A stretch of DNA of 64,000 nt, taken from the NCBI GenBank assembly GCA_027623675.1, contig JAQBVF010000016.1, positions 17,187-81,186 of the forward strand, given 5' to 3'. Position numbers and translations under genes: made by a program. This DNA comes from Chloroflexota bacterium (lineage in GTDB: Bacteria > Chloroflexota > Dehalococcoidia > Lucifugimonadales > UBA3495). Positions 19,192 to 28,490 of the stretch are shown in pieces (within the stretch, counting starts at the first letter, position 1; every line of letters begins with the position of its first letter). Below the pieces are notes generated by a model. That model worked only from the letters and a program-made list of their open reading frames with translations. It made no database searches and had not been told where the DNA came from.

Positions 19192-21030
19192 ATGGCATCT
19201 ATAACCGGCGTTATACCGCGACCAACAAGTTACGCAGGCGTATGGGGCTGGATGACAACAGTCGACCATAAGCGCATTGCCATACTCTACGGCGTAACCG
19301 CTTTCATCTTCCTTTTGATTGGCGGCTTGGAAGCCGGTGTTATCCGCATGCAGTTGGCCTCCGCGGATAACGATCTGATCGGCGCCGGCCGATTCAACGA
19401 GATGTTTACCATGCACGCCACCACCATGGTGTTCATGGTCATCATGCCTCTGGGAGTCAGCTTCTTTAACTTTGTCATACCCTTGGCGATCGGTGCCAGG
19501 GACGTGGCATTCCCCAGACTCAATGCCCTCAGCTTCTGGATCTTCCTCTTCGGCGCGGTGCTCATGCACATGAGCTTCGTGGTGAACCAGGTCCCGGATG
19601 CCGGTTGGTTCTCTTACGCCAACCTCACCGAAAAGCCCTTTAGCCCAAACAGGGGTTTGGACTTTTGGTCAATCAGCCTCCTGGTGATGGGTGTTGCGTC
19701 AGTCGCCGGAGCCCTGAACTTCATAGTTACGATCATCAACATGCGCGCGCCCGGCATGACCTTCATGCGTATGCCGGTGTTCGTTTGGATGACCCTGATC
19801 ACGTCCATACTATTGGTTCTGGCGTTCCCCGTTATCACCGTTGGTCTGATTGAGTTGACTCTGGACCGTAACTTCGGGACGCACTTCTTCATCCCAGCCG
19901 AAGGCGGCGATCCAATCCTGTGGCAGCACTTGTTCTGGATCTTTGGCCACCCTGAAGTCTATATCTTGATCCTGCCTCCAATGGGAATCGTGTCGGAGAT
20001 CCTGCCGACCTTCTCCCGAAAGCCATTGTTCGGTTACCCGTTCGTTGTTTTCTCGGGGATAGTCATCGGCATCATGGGTTGGGCGGTATGGAGCCACCAT
20101 ATGTTCACCGTGGGCCTTGGCCCGGTGGCGAACTCGGTGTTCACAATCACCACCATGCTGATCGCGGTGCCAACCGGCGTTAAGATCTTTAACTGGATCG
20201 GAACGCTGTGGAAGGGCGCCATCGAGTTCACGACTCCGATGTTGTTCGCCCTGGGTTTCGTGGCGCTGTTCATTATCGGCGGCCTGAGCGGTGTGTCCCA
20301 CGCCGTATCGCCATCCGACTTCCAGCAGCAGGACACTTATTACATCGTCGCCCACATCCACTACGTGCTGTTCGGCGGCTCCATGTTCGGGATATTCGCG
20401 GGGGCTTATTACTGGTTCCCCAAGATCACCGGCAGAATGATGGACGAGACGATTGGAAAGATAAACTTCTGGTTGATCTTCATCGGAATGAACCTGACGT
20501 TCTTCCCGATGCACTTCCTAGGCCTGAACGGCATGCCCCGCCGGATCTACACCTACTCGGCAGAGCTGGGCTGGGAGAACCTCAACCGGATCGCCAGCTT
20601 CGGTTACATCGTTCTGTTCGTGGGCATCCTGGTCTTCATTTACAACATCTTGAAGGCCCGCAATTCACGGCGCGTTAGCCACGACCCTTGGGACGCCCCC
20701 GGCTTGGAGTGGAGCATCGCTTCACCGCCTCCCGCGTACAACTTCGCGGAGATTCCCCAGATCCAGGGCCGGGATCACTATTGGATCGTCAAAGAGAAGG
20801 CCGAAGCAGCCGGAACCCCTATCACGGAGCCGGAAGCGCTGGTCGACCCGAGTTCGATTCACATGCCCAGTCCGTCATACTGGCCAATATTCACCGCTGT
20901 AGGCGTAACTCTCATCGGTGGCGGCCTGCTTTCCCACTACGCACTCAGCTTTGTGGGCGGAGTCATCGCCATGATGGGTGTCATCGGTTGGTCCAATGAA
21001 CCTGCGGCCGCACCCAGCGACCACCACTAG
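19192..21030 (+). CDS. ctaD: Cytochrome c oxidase subunit I (A1 type)
   Basis: HATTM, WIFGHPEVY, WSHH, AHIHY, MPRR. Confidence 0.97.
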   Translation: MASITGVIPRPTSYAGVWGWMTTVDHKRIAILYGVTAFIFLLIGGLEAGVIRMQLASADNDLIGAGRFNEMFTMHATTMVFMVIMPLGVSFFNFVIPLAIGARDVAFPRLNALSFWIFLFGAVLMHMSFVVNQVPDAGWFSYANLTEKPFSPNRGLDFWSISLLVMGVASVAGALNFIVTIINMRAPGMTFMRMPVFVWMTLITSILLVLAFPVITVGLIELTLDRNFGTHFFIPAEGGDPILWQHLFWIFGHPEVYILILPPMGIVSEILPTFSRKPLFGYPFVVFSGIVIGIMGWAVWSHHMFTVGLGPVANSVFTITTMLIAVPTGVKIFNWIGTLWKGAIEFTTPMLFALGFVALFIIGGLSGVSHAVSPSDFQQQDTYYIVAHIHYVLFGGSMFGIFAGAYYWFPKITGRMMDETIGKINFWLIFIGMNLTFFPMHFLGLNGMPRRIYTYSAELGWENLNRIASFGYIVLFVGILVFIYNILKARNSRRVSHDPWDAPGLEWSIASPPPAYNFAEIPQIQGRDHYWIVKEKAEAAGTPITEPEALVDPSSIHMPSPSYWPIFTAVGVTLIGGGLLSHYALSFVGGVIAMMGVIGWSNEPAAAPSDHH

Positions 21031-21042
21031 GAGACTGAAACC

Positions 21043-21663
21043 GTGGCCCACGCTGTAGAACAAGAATATACGACAACCGGTCTGAACCACCGGAAACTCC
21101 TCATGTGGGTGTTTCTGGGGTCAGACTGTCTCTTCTTCGCATCCCTGATCGCCACCTACATGGTCTACCGTGGTCAGAGTCTGGTCGGCCCCTACCCGAA
21201 CGACATCATAGATGTCCCGGTGACGACCATCAGCACCTTTGTGCTGCTGATGAGCAGCTTCGCCATGGTCCAGGCGCTGGCGGCGACCAACGCCGACAAC
21301 CGCAAAGCAACGATCAACTGGCTACTGGCGACGGCTTTACTTGGTTCCATCTTCATCGGTTTTCAGATCGTCGAATTCAACACCTTCAAGAATGAAGGCC
21401 TAACCCTGGGAGGCAACCTGTTCGGCGCCTCCTTCTTCACGCTAACCGGGTTCCACGGCGCTCACGTTACGCTGGGAATCATCTGGCTGTTGGCCCTGGC
21501 CATACTCGGGATGAAAGGCCGGATCAACTCCAAAACCGCGTTGGATGTCGAACTCTGCGGCTTGTATTGGCACTTTGTCGACATCGTCTGGATAGTCATC
21601 TTCACGCTGCTATATCTGATCGCCGGATTCGATGTTGGCCCTGTCGCCATTCCGGGCGGTTAG
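21043..21663 (+). CDS. ctaE: Cytochrome c oxidase subunit III
   Basis: TGFHGAHV, YWHFVDIVW. Confidence 0.95.
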   Translation: MAHAVEQEYTTTGLNHRKLLMWVFLGSDCLFFASLIATYMVYRGQSLVGPYPNDIIDVPVTTISTFVLLMSSFAMVQALAATNADNRKATINWLLATALLGSIFIGFQIVEFNTFKNEGLTLGGNLFGASFFTLTGFHGAHVTLGIIWLLALAILGMKGRINSKTALDVELCGLYWHFVDIVWIVIFTLLYLIAGFDVGPVAIPGG

Positions 21664-21708
21664 CAGAAAAATCCCTGGCCAACTCCCCAGGAGTCTCTTA
21701 GGACCGAT

Positions 21709-22506
21709 ATGGCCCACGAAACAGAACATACATCACATCACCCATCGTTCAACCAATATGTGCTGATTGCGATAGTCCTCTTCGCGATCACCATAGTCGA
21801 ATTCGTCCTCATCTGGGACACCGCTCGCATCGTCGATCACTTGGGACCCTCCAAGATCCCCCTGTTGGTCGCGCTCTCTGCGGTCAAGTTCGCCATCGTA
21901 ATCATGTACTACATGCACCTGAAATTCGACAACCGGCTTCTGGGCGCGGTGTTCATAGCGGGCTTGGCGCTGGCATTCTTGGTGGGCATGGCGTTGATCG
22001 CCCTCTTCGTCGGCTTCGAAGGTAACCCGCGAGACTACGCTGAAGCCCGCGCTCTTCCCTACGCCGAGCATGCCGAAGAAACAGTTGGTGGCGAGTCCAC
22101 CGAAACGAACCATGAAACCGATACTCCTCCGGTAGCCGCCGGCCCGGTCGCCATTGCCGTGAGCGCAGCCGGCGAAACCCTGGCTTTCGACATTTCGAGC
22201 ATCTCTGCGGACTCTGGCTCAGAAGTGACCCTCACGCTCGATAACCCGTCCGCGAATAACGCGCATAACCTGGTGATAGTGACAGCGGGCACCAAGGACG
22301 CCGTGGCTGCAGATGGCACGGCAGCCGGTCCCGCAAACGATTGGGTGTCACCTGGGGATTCCAGGGTGATCGCCCACACGGCATTGGCCGGTCCTGGAGC
22401 TTCGGCTAACGTCACTTTTGAGGCGCCGAGTCCGGGCACCTACCAATTCGTGTGCACCTTCCCGGGCCACAACTTCACCATGTTCGGTGACTTCATAGTG
22501 AAATAG
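21709..22506 (+). CDS. ctaF: Cytochrome c oxidase subunit IV fused to an auracyanin/azurin-type cupredoxin domain
   Basis: Three TMs with KFAIVIMYYMHLKFD; C-terminal HNLVIV...YQFVCTFPGHNFTM type-1 Cu ligands. Confidence 0.85.
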   Translation: MAHETEHTSHHPSFNQYVLIAIVLFAITIVEFVLIWDTARIVDHLGPSKIPLLVALSAVKFAIVIMYYMHLKFDNRLLGAVFIAGLALAFLVGMALIALFVGFEGNPRDYAEARALPYAEHAEETVGGESTETNHETDTPPVAAGPVAIAVSAAGETLAFDISSISADSGSEVTLTLDNPSANNAHNLVIVTAGTKDAVAADGTAAGPANDWVSPGDSRVIAHTALAGPGASANVTFEAPSPGTYQFVCTFPGHNFTMFGDFIVK

Positions 22507-22527
22507 GCGTAAATCTAAATCGTAAGC

Positions 22528-22566
22528 AAAAAGCCTCGTCCTTCTTCCGAAGGACGAGGCTTTTTT
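22528..22566 (+). terminator. Rho-independent terminator of the oxidase operon (possibly bidirectional)
   Basis: AAAAAGCCTCGTCCTTC-TTCC-GAAGGACGAGGCTTTTTT. Confidence 0.9.
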
Positions 22567-22572
22567 ATATCA

Positions 22573-22852
22573 ATCGTCCCAGAGTTTCATCATGGGCAGC
22601 ACGCTGCCGGGCAGATGCCGTCATTGCGACTTTCGCCGAAATGACGGTCGTGCCAAGCAACCACTCTCACTACCCGTCATTCTGATTCTTCCGCAGAAGG
22701 AGAAGAATCTCTTTGCTTGACTTCTATTTGCTTGACTTCAAGGTTGCGATCGTTCCGCGGGACCGGCAGTTGGTCTCCCAACAGCAACGAGATTCCTCTC
22801 TTCGCTCGGAACGACAAGGCGGCGGCATCCACCTAGGAAACTCCGGGGTTAC
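22573..22852 (+). repeat. ~280-bp composite palindromic element, copy 1
   Basis: Aligns by eye along its whole length with the reverse complement of 58813..59097. Confidence 0.85.
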
Positions 22853-22973
22853 TCATGCTTTTTATTTTGGTGCTCGGCGAGAGCCAGCGAAGTCCCCTCA
22901 ACCCTCTTAACGAAACACGGGGTTATCGGCCTTGTCTGGCACAATCAAAGGCCGGAGGTATTTGGCTCCAGGC

Positions 22974-23921
22974 TTAGCCGAGAGCCGTGTAGGCTTGTGT
23001 GAAACCTTCTTGAACCGGGGCGATTATCCGCTCGCCCATGCGCCTCGCCGCCATGTTCAGGCCCTGTTGGGCGAATGTCAGGTCGCGGGAGATGATCTCC
23101 GACTTGGATGTGGCGGCCAGCTTTTCGGCGTATTCGGCGAGAAACCGGTCCACGTGGGCCTGGTCCTCGGCCATGCCCCGGAATACCCGGTACATGGGCA
23201 GCGTGCGAACGAAGTTGTGCACCTCCTCCAGGTCCAGGTCTGGGTGGCGGTCCAGCATCATTGAGATGCCAAAGTCGATCAACCGGCAGGAGCCGTTTTC
23301 CTCGACCAACAGATGAGAGCGGCCCCGGGGGTCGGAAAACGTCACATCGTTGTAGTAGATGTCGGCTTGGTGCAGGCGGCGCAGCATGGTCCCAACCGTT
23401 GACCCGACCCCAGCCAGAAAGTCATCGGTGAGCAGTTCCTGGGGCAGTTCGGTGAAGAATGTTCCGGGAGAAAATTCCTCGGTCAGGTAGCCCGGCAGCG
23501 ATTCCAACTGGCCCGGGCCCACCGTCAGCTCGCCGGCAGTGCGGGCTATCTGTCCCTCTCGGGAGCTTTGCAGGGGCTTTATGACTATGGCCAGGTCATC
23601 GTACCGAAGGATGCCCACCATGCCCCTGGCGCGGCCGGAGAATTCCAGCTGGGGCAGGCTCTGGCCGGCCAGCAGCCGCTGGTATACCTGAGGGAAGAAC
23701 GCGTAGCGCGAGATCGCCTTCACGGCGGGATCGGCGGAGAGCCGCAGGAACAGCGGCATCGCCAGGTCCGACAGCTTCCAGAACGGCGGCATGTGGCTGG
23801 GCACGGGCATCCCTGGGGCCGGGCGCATCGCTTCTATGACCTCTTCGGGCGGCTTGGGCGGCGCCGGGGCGATGGCGCGCCGGATCAACGCCAGTTCATC
23901 GGGTGTGTAGTCGCCGATCAT
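22974..23921 (-). CDS. Protein kinase-like fold protein
   Basis: IVIKP, LRRLHQADIYYND, RLIDFG. Confidence 0.6.
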   Translation of the reverse strand: MIGDYTPDELALIRRAIAPAPPKPPEEVIEAMRPAPGMPVPSHMPPFWKLSDLAMPLFLRLSADPAVKAISRYAFFPQVYQRLLAGQSLPQLEFSGRARGMVGILRYDDLAIVIKPLQSSREGQIARTAGELTVGPGQLESLPGYLTEEFSPGTFFTELPQELLTDDFLAGVGSTVGTMLRRLHQADIYYNDVTFSDPRGRSHLLVEENGSCRLIDFGISMMLDRHPDLDLEEVHNFVRTLPMYRVFRGMAEDQAHVDRFLAEYAEKLAATSKSEIISRDLTFAQQGLNMAARRMGERIIAPVQEGFTQAYTALG

Positions 23922-24256
23922 CAGTCTTCCAGATAATGCGCGCCGTCGGAGTCCACATTCAATGCCCTTTCGCGGACCACGGCTTCGGCGTTCAATTTTC
24001 CATAGATATGGGGATAGATCTCGCCCGACCGGCTTGGCTCGTGTTTAAGAGGAGAGGTTAGTTTGTCCAGGTCCACGTCCAGCACCATCAGCGCCGTCTC
24101 ACCGGGATACAAACGAGCCGCAACCTTGAGCAACTGGGGAATGTCTTTGGAACAGTGGATGAAGCCCTCTTCCGCCAGACTGGGCGCGGCGTATTCTCCG
24201 GTGGGGCGGGCGCTTTCCCAGGCTTCTTTGTAGGTTAAGTGAAAGATCAAAGCCAT
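23921..24256 (-). CDS. DUF952 family protein
   Basis: EGFIHCS, YPHIYG. Confidence 0.88.
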   Translation of the reverse strand: MALIFHLTYKEAWESARPTGEYAAPSLAEEGFIHCSKDIPQLLKVAARLYPGETALMVLDVDLDKLTSPLKHEPSRSGEIYPHIYGKLNAEAVVRERALNVDSDGAHYLED

Positions 24257-24383
24257 ATGTCGTCTCCGTGGTTGGGCGGCTCTTGAGTTGGGTGGTGTGT
24301 TGCCGAAGGCCGCCGGCGCAAATTGTACCGCAGCGCGGCGGGTGTTAGGATGATACCCGCAACAGACGGGGAGGGTTTTCAGT

Positions 24384-25064
24384 ATGCGCGCCGAGATTAA
24401 CGAAGGACCGGGACTTCAGTACGTCACAGTCGTTCCCGACGAATATACCCCCGAATCATCTTACCCCTTGGTGGTGATGCTGCACGGTTTCGGGGCCAAC
24501 ATGCAAGACCTGGCCGGGCTGGCCCCGGCGATCAACGCCACCGGCTATGTTTACGCCTGCCCCAACGCGCCCATCCCCTTCAACCTCGGCGGCGGCCACG
24601 CCGGATTCGGCTGGATGACTCCCCGGGGACAGGGCACGCCCGAGGAAACAGCCAATTCGGAGGCGTTGCTGGGTGATTTCTTCGACTTAGTTTTTGAGCG
24701 GTTCAACGTGACACCAGGCAACGCGCTCCTGCTGGGCTTCTCCCAAGGCGGGGGGATGACCTACCGCACCGGCCTGGGGAGGGCCGACAGATTCGCGGGA
24801 CTGGTCGCTCTAAGCGCTACCCTTCCAGACCAAGACGAGCTGGCCGCCCGCCTGCCCAGCAAACGAAATCAACCCATCTTCATCGCCCACGGCACACACG
24901 ACCAGATGGTATCCGACGACTCCGCGCACTCGGCCAAGTCATTCTTGGAAAGCAACGGTTACAGCCCCGAATTCCACATCTACAGCATGGGCCACGAGAT
25001 CAGCGGAGAGGTCCTGAGCGACCTGGTCCCATGGATAAAAAGGGTGCTCCCGCCCCACGCGTGA
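24384..25064 (+). CDS. Phospholipase/carboxylesterase (alpha/beta hydrolase)
   Basis: LHGFG, GFSQGG, HGTHD, MGHEI. Confidence 0.88.
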   Translation: MRAEINEGPGLQYVTVVPDEYTPESSYPLVVMLHGFGANMQDLAGLAPAINATGYVYACPNAPIPFNLGGGHAGFGWMTPRGQGTPEETANSEALLGDFFDLVFERFNVTPGNALLLGFSQGGGMTYRTGLGRADRFAGLVALSATLPDQDELAARLPSKRNQPIFIAHGTHDQMVSDDSAHSAKSFLESNGYSPEFHIYSMGHEISGEVLSDLVPWIKRVLPPHA

Positions 25065-25079
25065 GCATTTAGCCTTTGC

Positions 25080-25499
25080 CTAATCGTTGTCGTCCCGCCA
25101 GGCCATGACCCGGTCAACGGTGATCTCCAACAGGACCATGCGTTCCTCTCCCAGAAGTTCTTTGGCGAATTCGGCGCCGCGATCCGGGCCGTCATAGAGC
25201 ACGCACATCCGCTCGATAACCTGGGCCATGTTCTCTGAGGATATGTCCGCCCGGCCCTCCAACACCACGTAGGACAATGGGCGTTCCGGAGTGGCGATGG
25301 ACAGGGACACCGCCGGGTTCCCCCGGATATTACGGACCTTTACCGCGCCGGCGTCAGCCATAACCAACGCCCGCCCCCGGTCCCAGAGGAACCACACCGG
25401 GGCGACATGGGGCGTACCCTCCGGGCGCAGGGTAACGAAATGGGCGATCCTTGGCTGTCCCAAGAACGACTCGATATCTGACTGGGTGAGTCTAGCCAT
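25080..25499 (-). CDS. PPOX-class (pyridoxamine 5'-phosphate oxidase-like, likely F420) oxidoreductase
   Basis: TLRPEGTPHVAPVWF, KVRNIRGNPAV. Confidence 0.85.
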   Translation of the reverse strand: MARLTQSDIESFLGQPRIAHFVTLRPEGTPHVAPVWFLWDRGRALVMADAGAVKVRNIRGNPAVSLSIATPERPLSYVVLEGRADISSENMAQVIERMCVLYDGPDRGAEFAKELLGEERMVLLEITVDRVMAWRDDND

Positions 25500-25585
25500 G
25501 GCTTCTCTCCGTAAATCCTCAGGCGTAAGATTGCCCCATATTATCAAATGCGGAGGTCCCATTTACGGTGTTTAGCGTCAGGTCC

Positions 25586-26635
25586 ATGAGACTCGCAGCC
25601 CTGCTCCTAGCTTCGGTCTCGGCCTTATCTGCCGCGTGCGGCGGGTCGAGCGCGCCCGGCAACTTTGCCGAGCCTCCGCCGCTGGTGTCCCTGCCTGCCG
25701 ATGAAGCGCCCCACGACGCCGGGATCGAGTGGTGGTACTTCAACGGTCTGCTGACCGACGGACAAGGGCAGGAATACAGCTACCATTACGTCACGTTCAA
25801 TAGTCAGGGCGGCGCCGCGGTCCCGCACCTTTTGCAGGCCAGCCTGGGCGACCACACGTCCGGCGAGCACCTGACCGGCGAGAAGGTCCTTCTGCAGGCC
25901 CCGTACCGAGACGCGGTTGGCGTGAATGTGGCCGTCAACGGCTGGGAGATGCAGGGCGACGGCCAGGTTTACAGTTTGGAGTTTGACCTGGGCGGACGTT
26001 CCCTAGACCTGAAGGCGGTATCCACCAGGCCGCCCGTGCTGCACCAAGGCGTGGGGCTGGTGGACCTGGGACCGGCCGGCGAGACCTTCTACTACTCCCG
26101 CACCCGGCTGGACGTGACCGGGAGCATCACCGTCGCCGGAGAACAACGTCCCGTCACCGGCTCGGCATGGATGGACCACCAATGGGGCGAGGTAGTGGGG
26201 CAGCAGGTGGGCTGGGACTGGGCCAGCCTGCAATTGGACGACGGCAGCGACCTGATGGCGGTCCAAGTCTGGGACCCGTCGGATAAGACGCCATTCTCGG
26301 GGTACGGAACATTGGTGTCTCCCGGCGGGTCGGCGCTTACCCTGGATGAGGATGACCTCTCAATCACGGCCCGTGACACCTGGACCAGCCCCGATACCGG
26401 CATCACCTATCCAAGCGGGTGGATGCTAAACGTGACTTCTTTGGACCTTAGCTTGGAGCTCGAACCAGTCTTGGCAAATGCCGAGTTCGCCGGCAGCAGC
26501 TACACCCCGGCGGCCTACTGGGAGGGGGAAGTCAGGGTATCTGGGACTCGGGAGGGCCGGGAGATCGGCGGCAGGGGCTTCGTGGAGCTGGTGGGTTACG
26601 ACACGGAGCAGTTGGAAGCGGCGCCCACTCCGTAA
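25586..26635 (+). CDS. AttH/CrtC-like (lipocalin-like) lipoprotein
   Basis: Lipobox SAAC; EWWYFNG, YYS, AWMDHQWG, GWDW, YWEG, GFVEL. Confidence 0.8.
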   Translation: MRLAALLLASVSALSAACGGSSAPGNFAEPPPLVSLPADEAPHDAGIEWWYFNGLLTDGQGQEYSYHYVTFNSQGGAAVPHLLQASLGDHTSGEHLTGEKVLLQAPYRDAVGVNVAVNGWEMQGDGQVYSLEFDLGGRSLDLKAVSTRPPVLHQGVGLVDLGPAGETFYYSRTRLDVTGSITVAGEQRPVTGSAWMDHQWGEVVGQQVGWDWASLQLDDGSDLMAVQVWDPSDKTPFSGYGTLVSPGGSALTLDEDDLSITARDTWTSPDTGITYPSGWMLNVTSLDLSLELEPVLANAEFAGSSYTPAAYWEGEVRVSGTREGREIGGRGFVELVGYDTEQLEAAPTP

Positions 26636-26909
26636 AATCTCGTTGAAATCGAGGTGAACCCCCGTATGATGTCCGGCACCTGGGACTGCTTACTCGTTAT
26701 GTCCACCGGCTGCACCTGGCCGGTCGCGATAGCTGCTTTCGCCATCCCCAAGCCTGCAGGTCAATGCGAGATCTTTCATATGTAGGTCCGGTTTGGCTGT
26801 AGAGTATAGCTTCGGCCACCTCATCTCTCTTGCCTCGAAGTCAGGCAGCGGTTATGATTCTCAGCGCGTCTGTGCAGCCCCATATACCCAGCATTCTGGA
26901 GCGCTCCCA

Positions 26910-28028
26910 GTGACCTCAGACAACCCTGAAAACGCCCTCCAGCGAACCGCTCTCCACGACACCCATGTCTCCTCGGGCGGCCGCATGGTGCCCTTCGGCG
27001 GCTGGGACATGCCCGTGCAGTATCCCTCCGGCATCCTGGCCGAGGTCAAGGCCGTCCGGACCGCCACCGGTGTTTTCGACGTTTCACACATGGGCCGCCT
27101 TTATATCTCGGGGCCAAAGGCCACCGAATTTCTCGACTGGGTGCTCACCGGGTCGGCGTCCACCCTCCGCGTGGGCCGGGCCAGGTATTGCCTGATCTGC
27201 AACGAGCAGGGCGGGGTCTTCGACGACACGATCTTCTATCGTCTGGCCGAAGACCGCTACTTGCTGATCCCCAACGCCGGCAACCGGCCCACCGTGGTTG
27301 CCTGGTTCGAACGGTGGATCGAAGACAGGTTCCCCTTGGGCTGCAACATGGACGACGTCACCGAATCGACAGGACTGATCGCTTTCCAGGGGCCCGGCAC
27401 CCTGGCGGCCATCGATGAACTGGCCGACAAGCCACTTTCGAAGATCCGGCCTTTCTCCTGGACGGAGGGCGCCATCAACGGAGCTCCGGTTTTTGCCGGC
27501 CGGACCGGCTACACCGGGGAAGACGGGTTCGAATTCATGGTCCAAGGCCCGGACATAGTCAAGGTCTGGACGACCCTCACGGACTCGGGCGCTGTCCCGT
27601 GTGGCCTGGGCGCCAGGGACGTTCTCAGGCTGGAGGCTGGGCTGCCCCTTCACGGACACGAGATCGACGAGAACATCACACCCATCGAGGCGGGCCTGGA
27701 CCGCTTCGTGCGCCCCGACGGCGAGTATGTGGGTTCCGGCATCCTGCGAGGCCAACGAGAGAACGGAGTGACAAGAAAACTGATCGGGTTCACCCTGCCG
27801 GGACGGAGCGCACCTCGGGCGGGTTACGCCCTGCTGCACCAGGGCGAGACCATCGGGTCGGTGACCAGTGGCAGCTACTCGCCGACCCTTGACACCAGCA
27901 TCGGCATGGGCTACGTTTTGGAGCGTTACGCTGAGACTGGAGCAACCCTAGACTTGGACATTCGCGGCCGCACCAGCCAAGTCACGATAGCCGAGCTACC
28001 CTTTTACAAACGGTCCAGGAACTCCTAG
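26910..28028 (+). CDS. gcvT: Glycine cleavage system aminomethyltransferase T
   Basis: FGGWDMPVQY, FDVSHMG, RTGYTGEDGFE, GLGARDVLRLEAG; GTG start. Confidence 0.95.
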   Translation: MTSDNPENALQRTALHDTHVSSGGRMVPFGGWDMPVQYPSGILAEVKAVRTATGVFDVSHMGRLYISGPKATEFLDWVLTGSASTLRVGRARYCLICNEQGGVFDDTIFYRLAEDRYLLIPNAGNRPTVVAWFERWIEDRFPLGCNMDDVTESTGLIAFQGPGTLAAIDELADKPLSKIRPFSWTEGAINGAPVFAGRTGYTGEDGFEFMVQGPDIVKVWTTLTDSGAVPCGLGARDVLRLEAGLPLHGHEIDENITPIEAGLDRFVRPDGEYVGSGILRGQRENGVTRKLIGFTLPGRSAPRAGYALLHQGETIGSVTSGSYSPTLDTSIGMGYVLERYAETGATLDLDIRGRTSQVTIAELPFYKRSRNS

Positions 28029-28097
28029 TTAAATGGGGTTCGCTGGCCGCAATCACACTCCAGAACATGGATGGGACACCCGGGAGGCACTAGCCGT

Positions 28098-28490
28098 ATG
28101 AACAGCCCTGACGACCGCCGATACACCGCCGAGCACGAATGGGTGATGGTGGAAGACGCCGCCAGCAAAACCGCCGTGGCGGGCATCACCGACTACGCCC
28201 AAGACCAACTGGGAGACATCGTCTATTTCGAACTCCCCAAGGTTGGCGACGCCGTGGCCCATCTGGGCAAGATGGGGGAGGTTGAGTCTGTGAAGGCTGT
28301 ATCGGACCTGTTCTCGCCGGTGGACGGCGAAGTGACAGAGATTAACGAGAAGCTGCTGGACCACCCTGAGTTGGTCAACGAGGACCCCTTCGGCGAGGGC
28401 TGGCTGATCAAGGTCGCGATCGGCGATGTGACCGCGGTCGACTCACTGATGTCGGCCCAAGACTATGACGCCTACACCGCTGGACTCTAA
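28098..28490 (+). CDS. gcvH: Glycine cleavage system H protein
   Basis: HEW, GITDYAQ, VESVKA lipoyl-lysine. Confidence 0.96.
   Translation: MNSPDDRRYTAEHEWVMVEDAASKTAVAGITDYAQDQLGDIVYFELPKVGDAVAHLGKMGEVESVKAVSDLFSPVDGEVTEINEKLLDHPELVNEDPFGEGWLIKVAIGDVTAVDSLMSAQDYDAYTAGL

Noticed and set aside
22713..22910. Short ORFs within the palindromic elements (also 58786..59086)
   Set aside because: Frames are not preserved between the two copies, so the element appears non-coding
26636..26909. Glycine riboswitch upstream of gcvT
   Set aside because: No GGAGA..CCGAAG..CTCTCAGG elements; only promoter-like TTGCCT-17-TATGAT and TTGAAA-16-TATGAT
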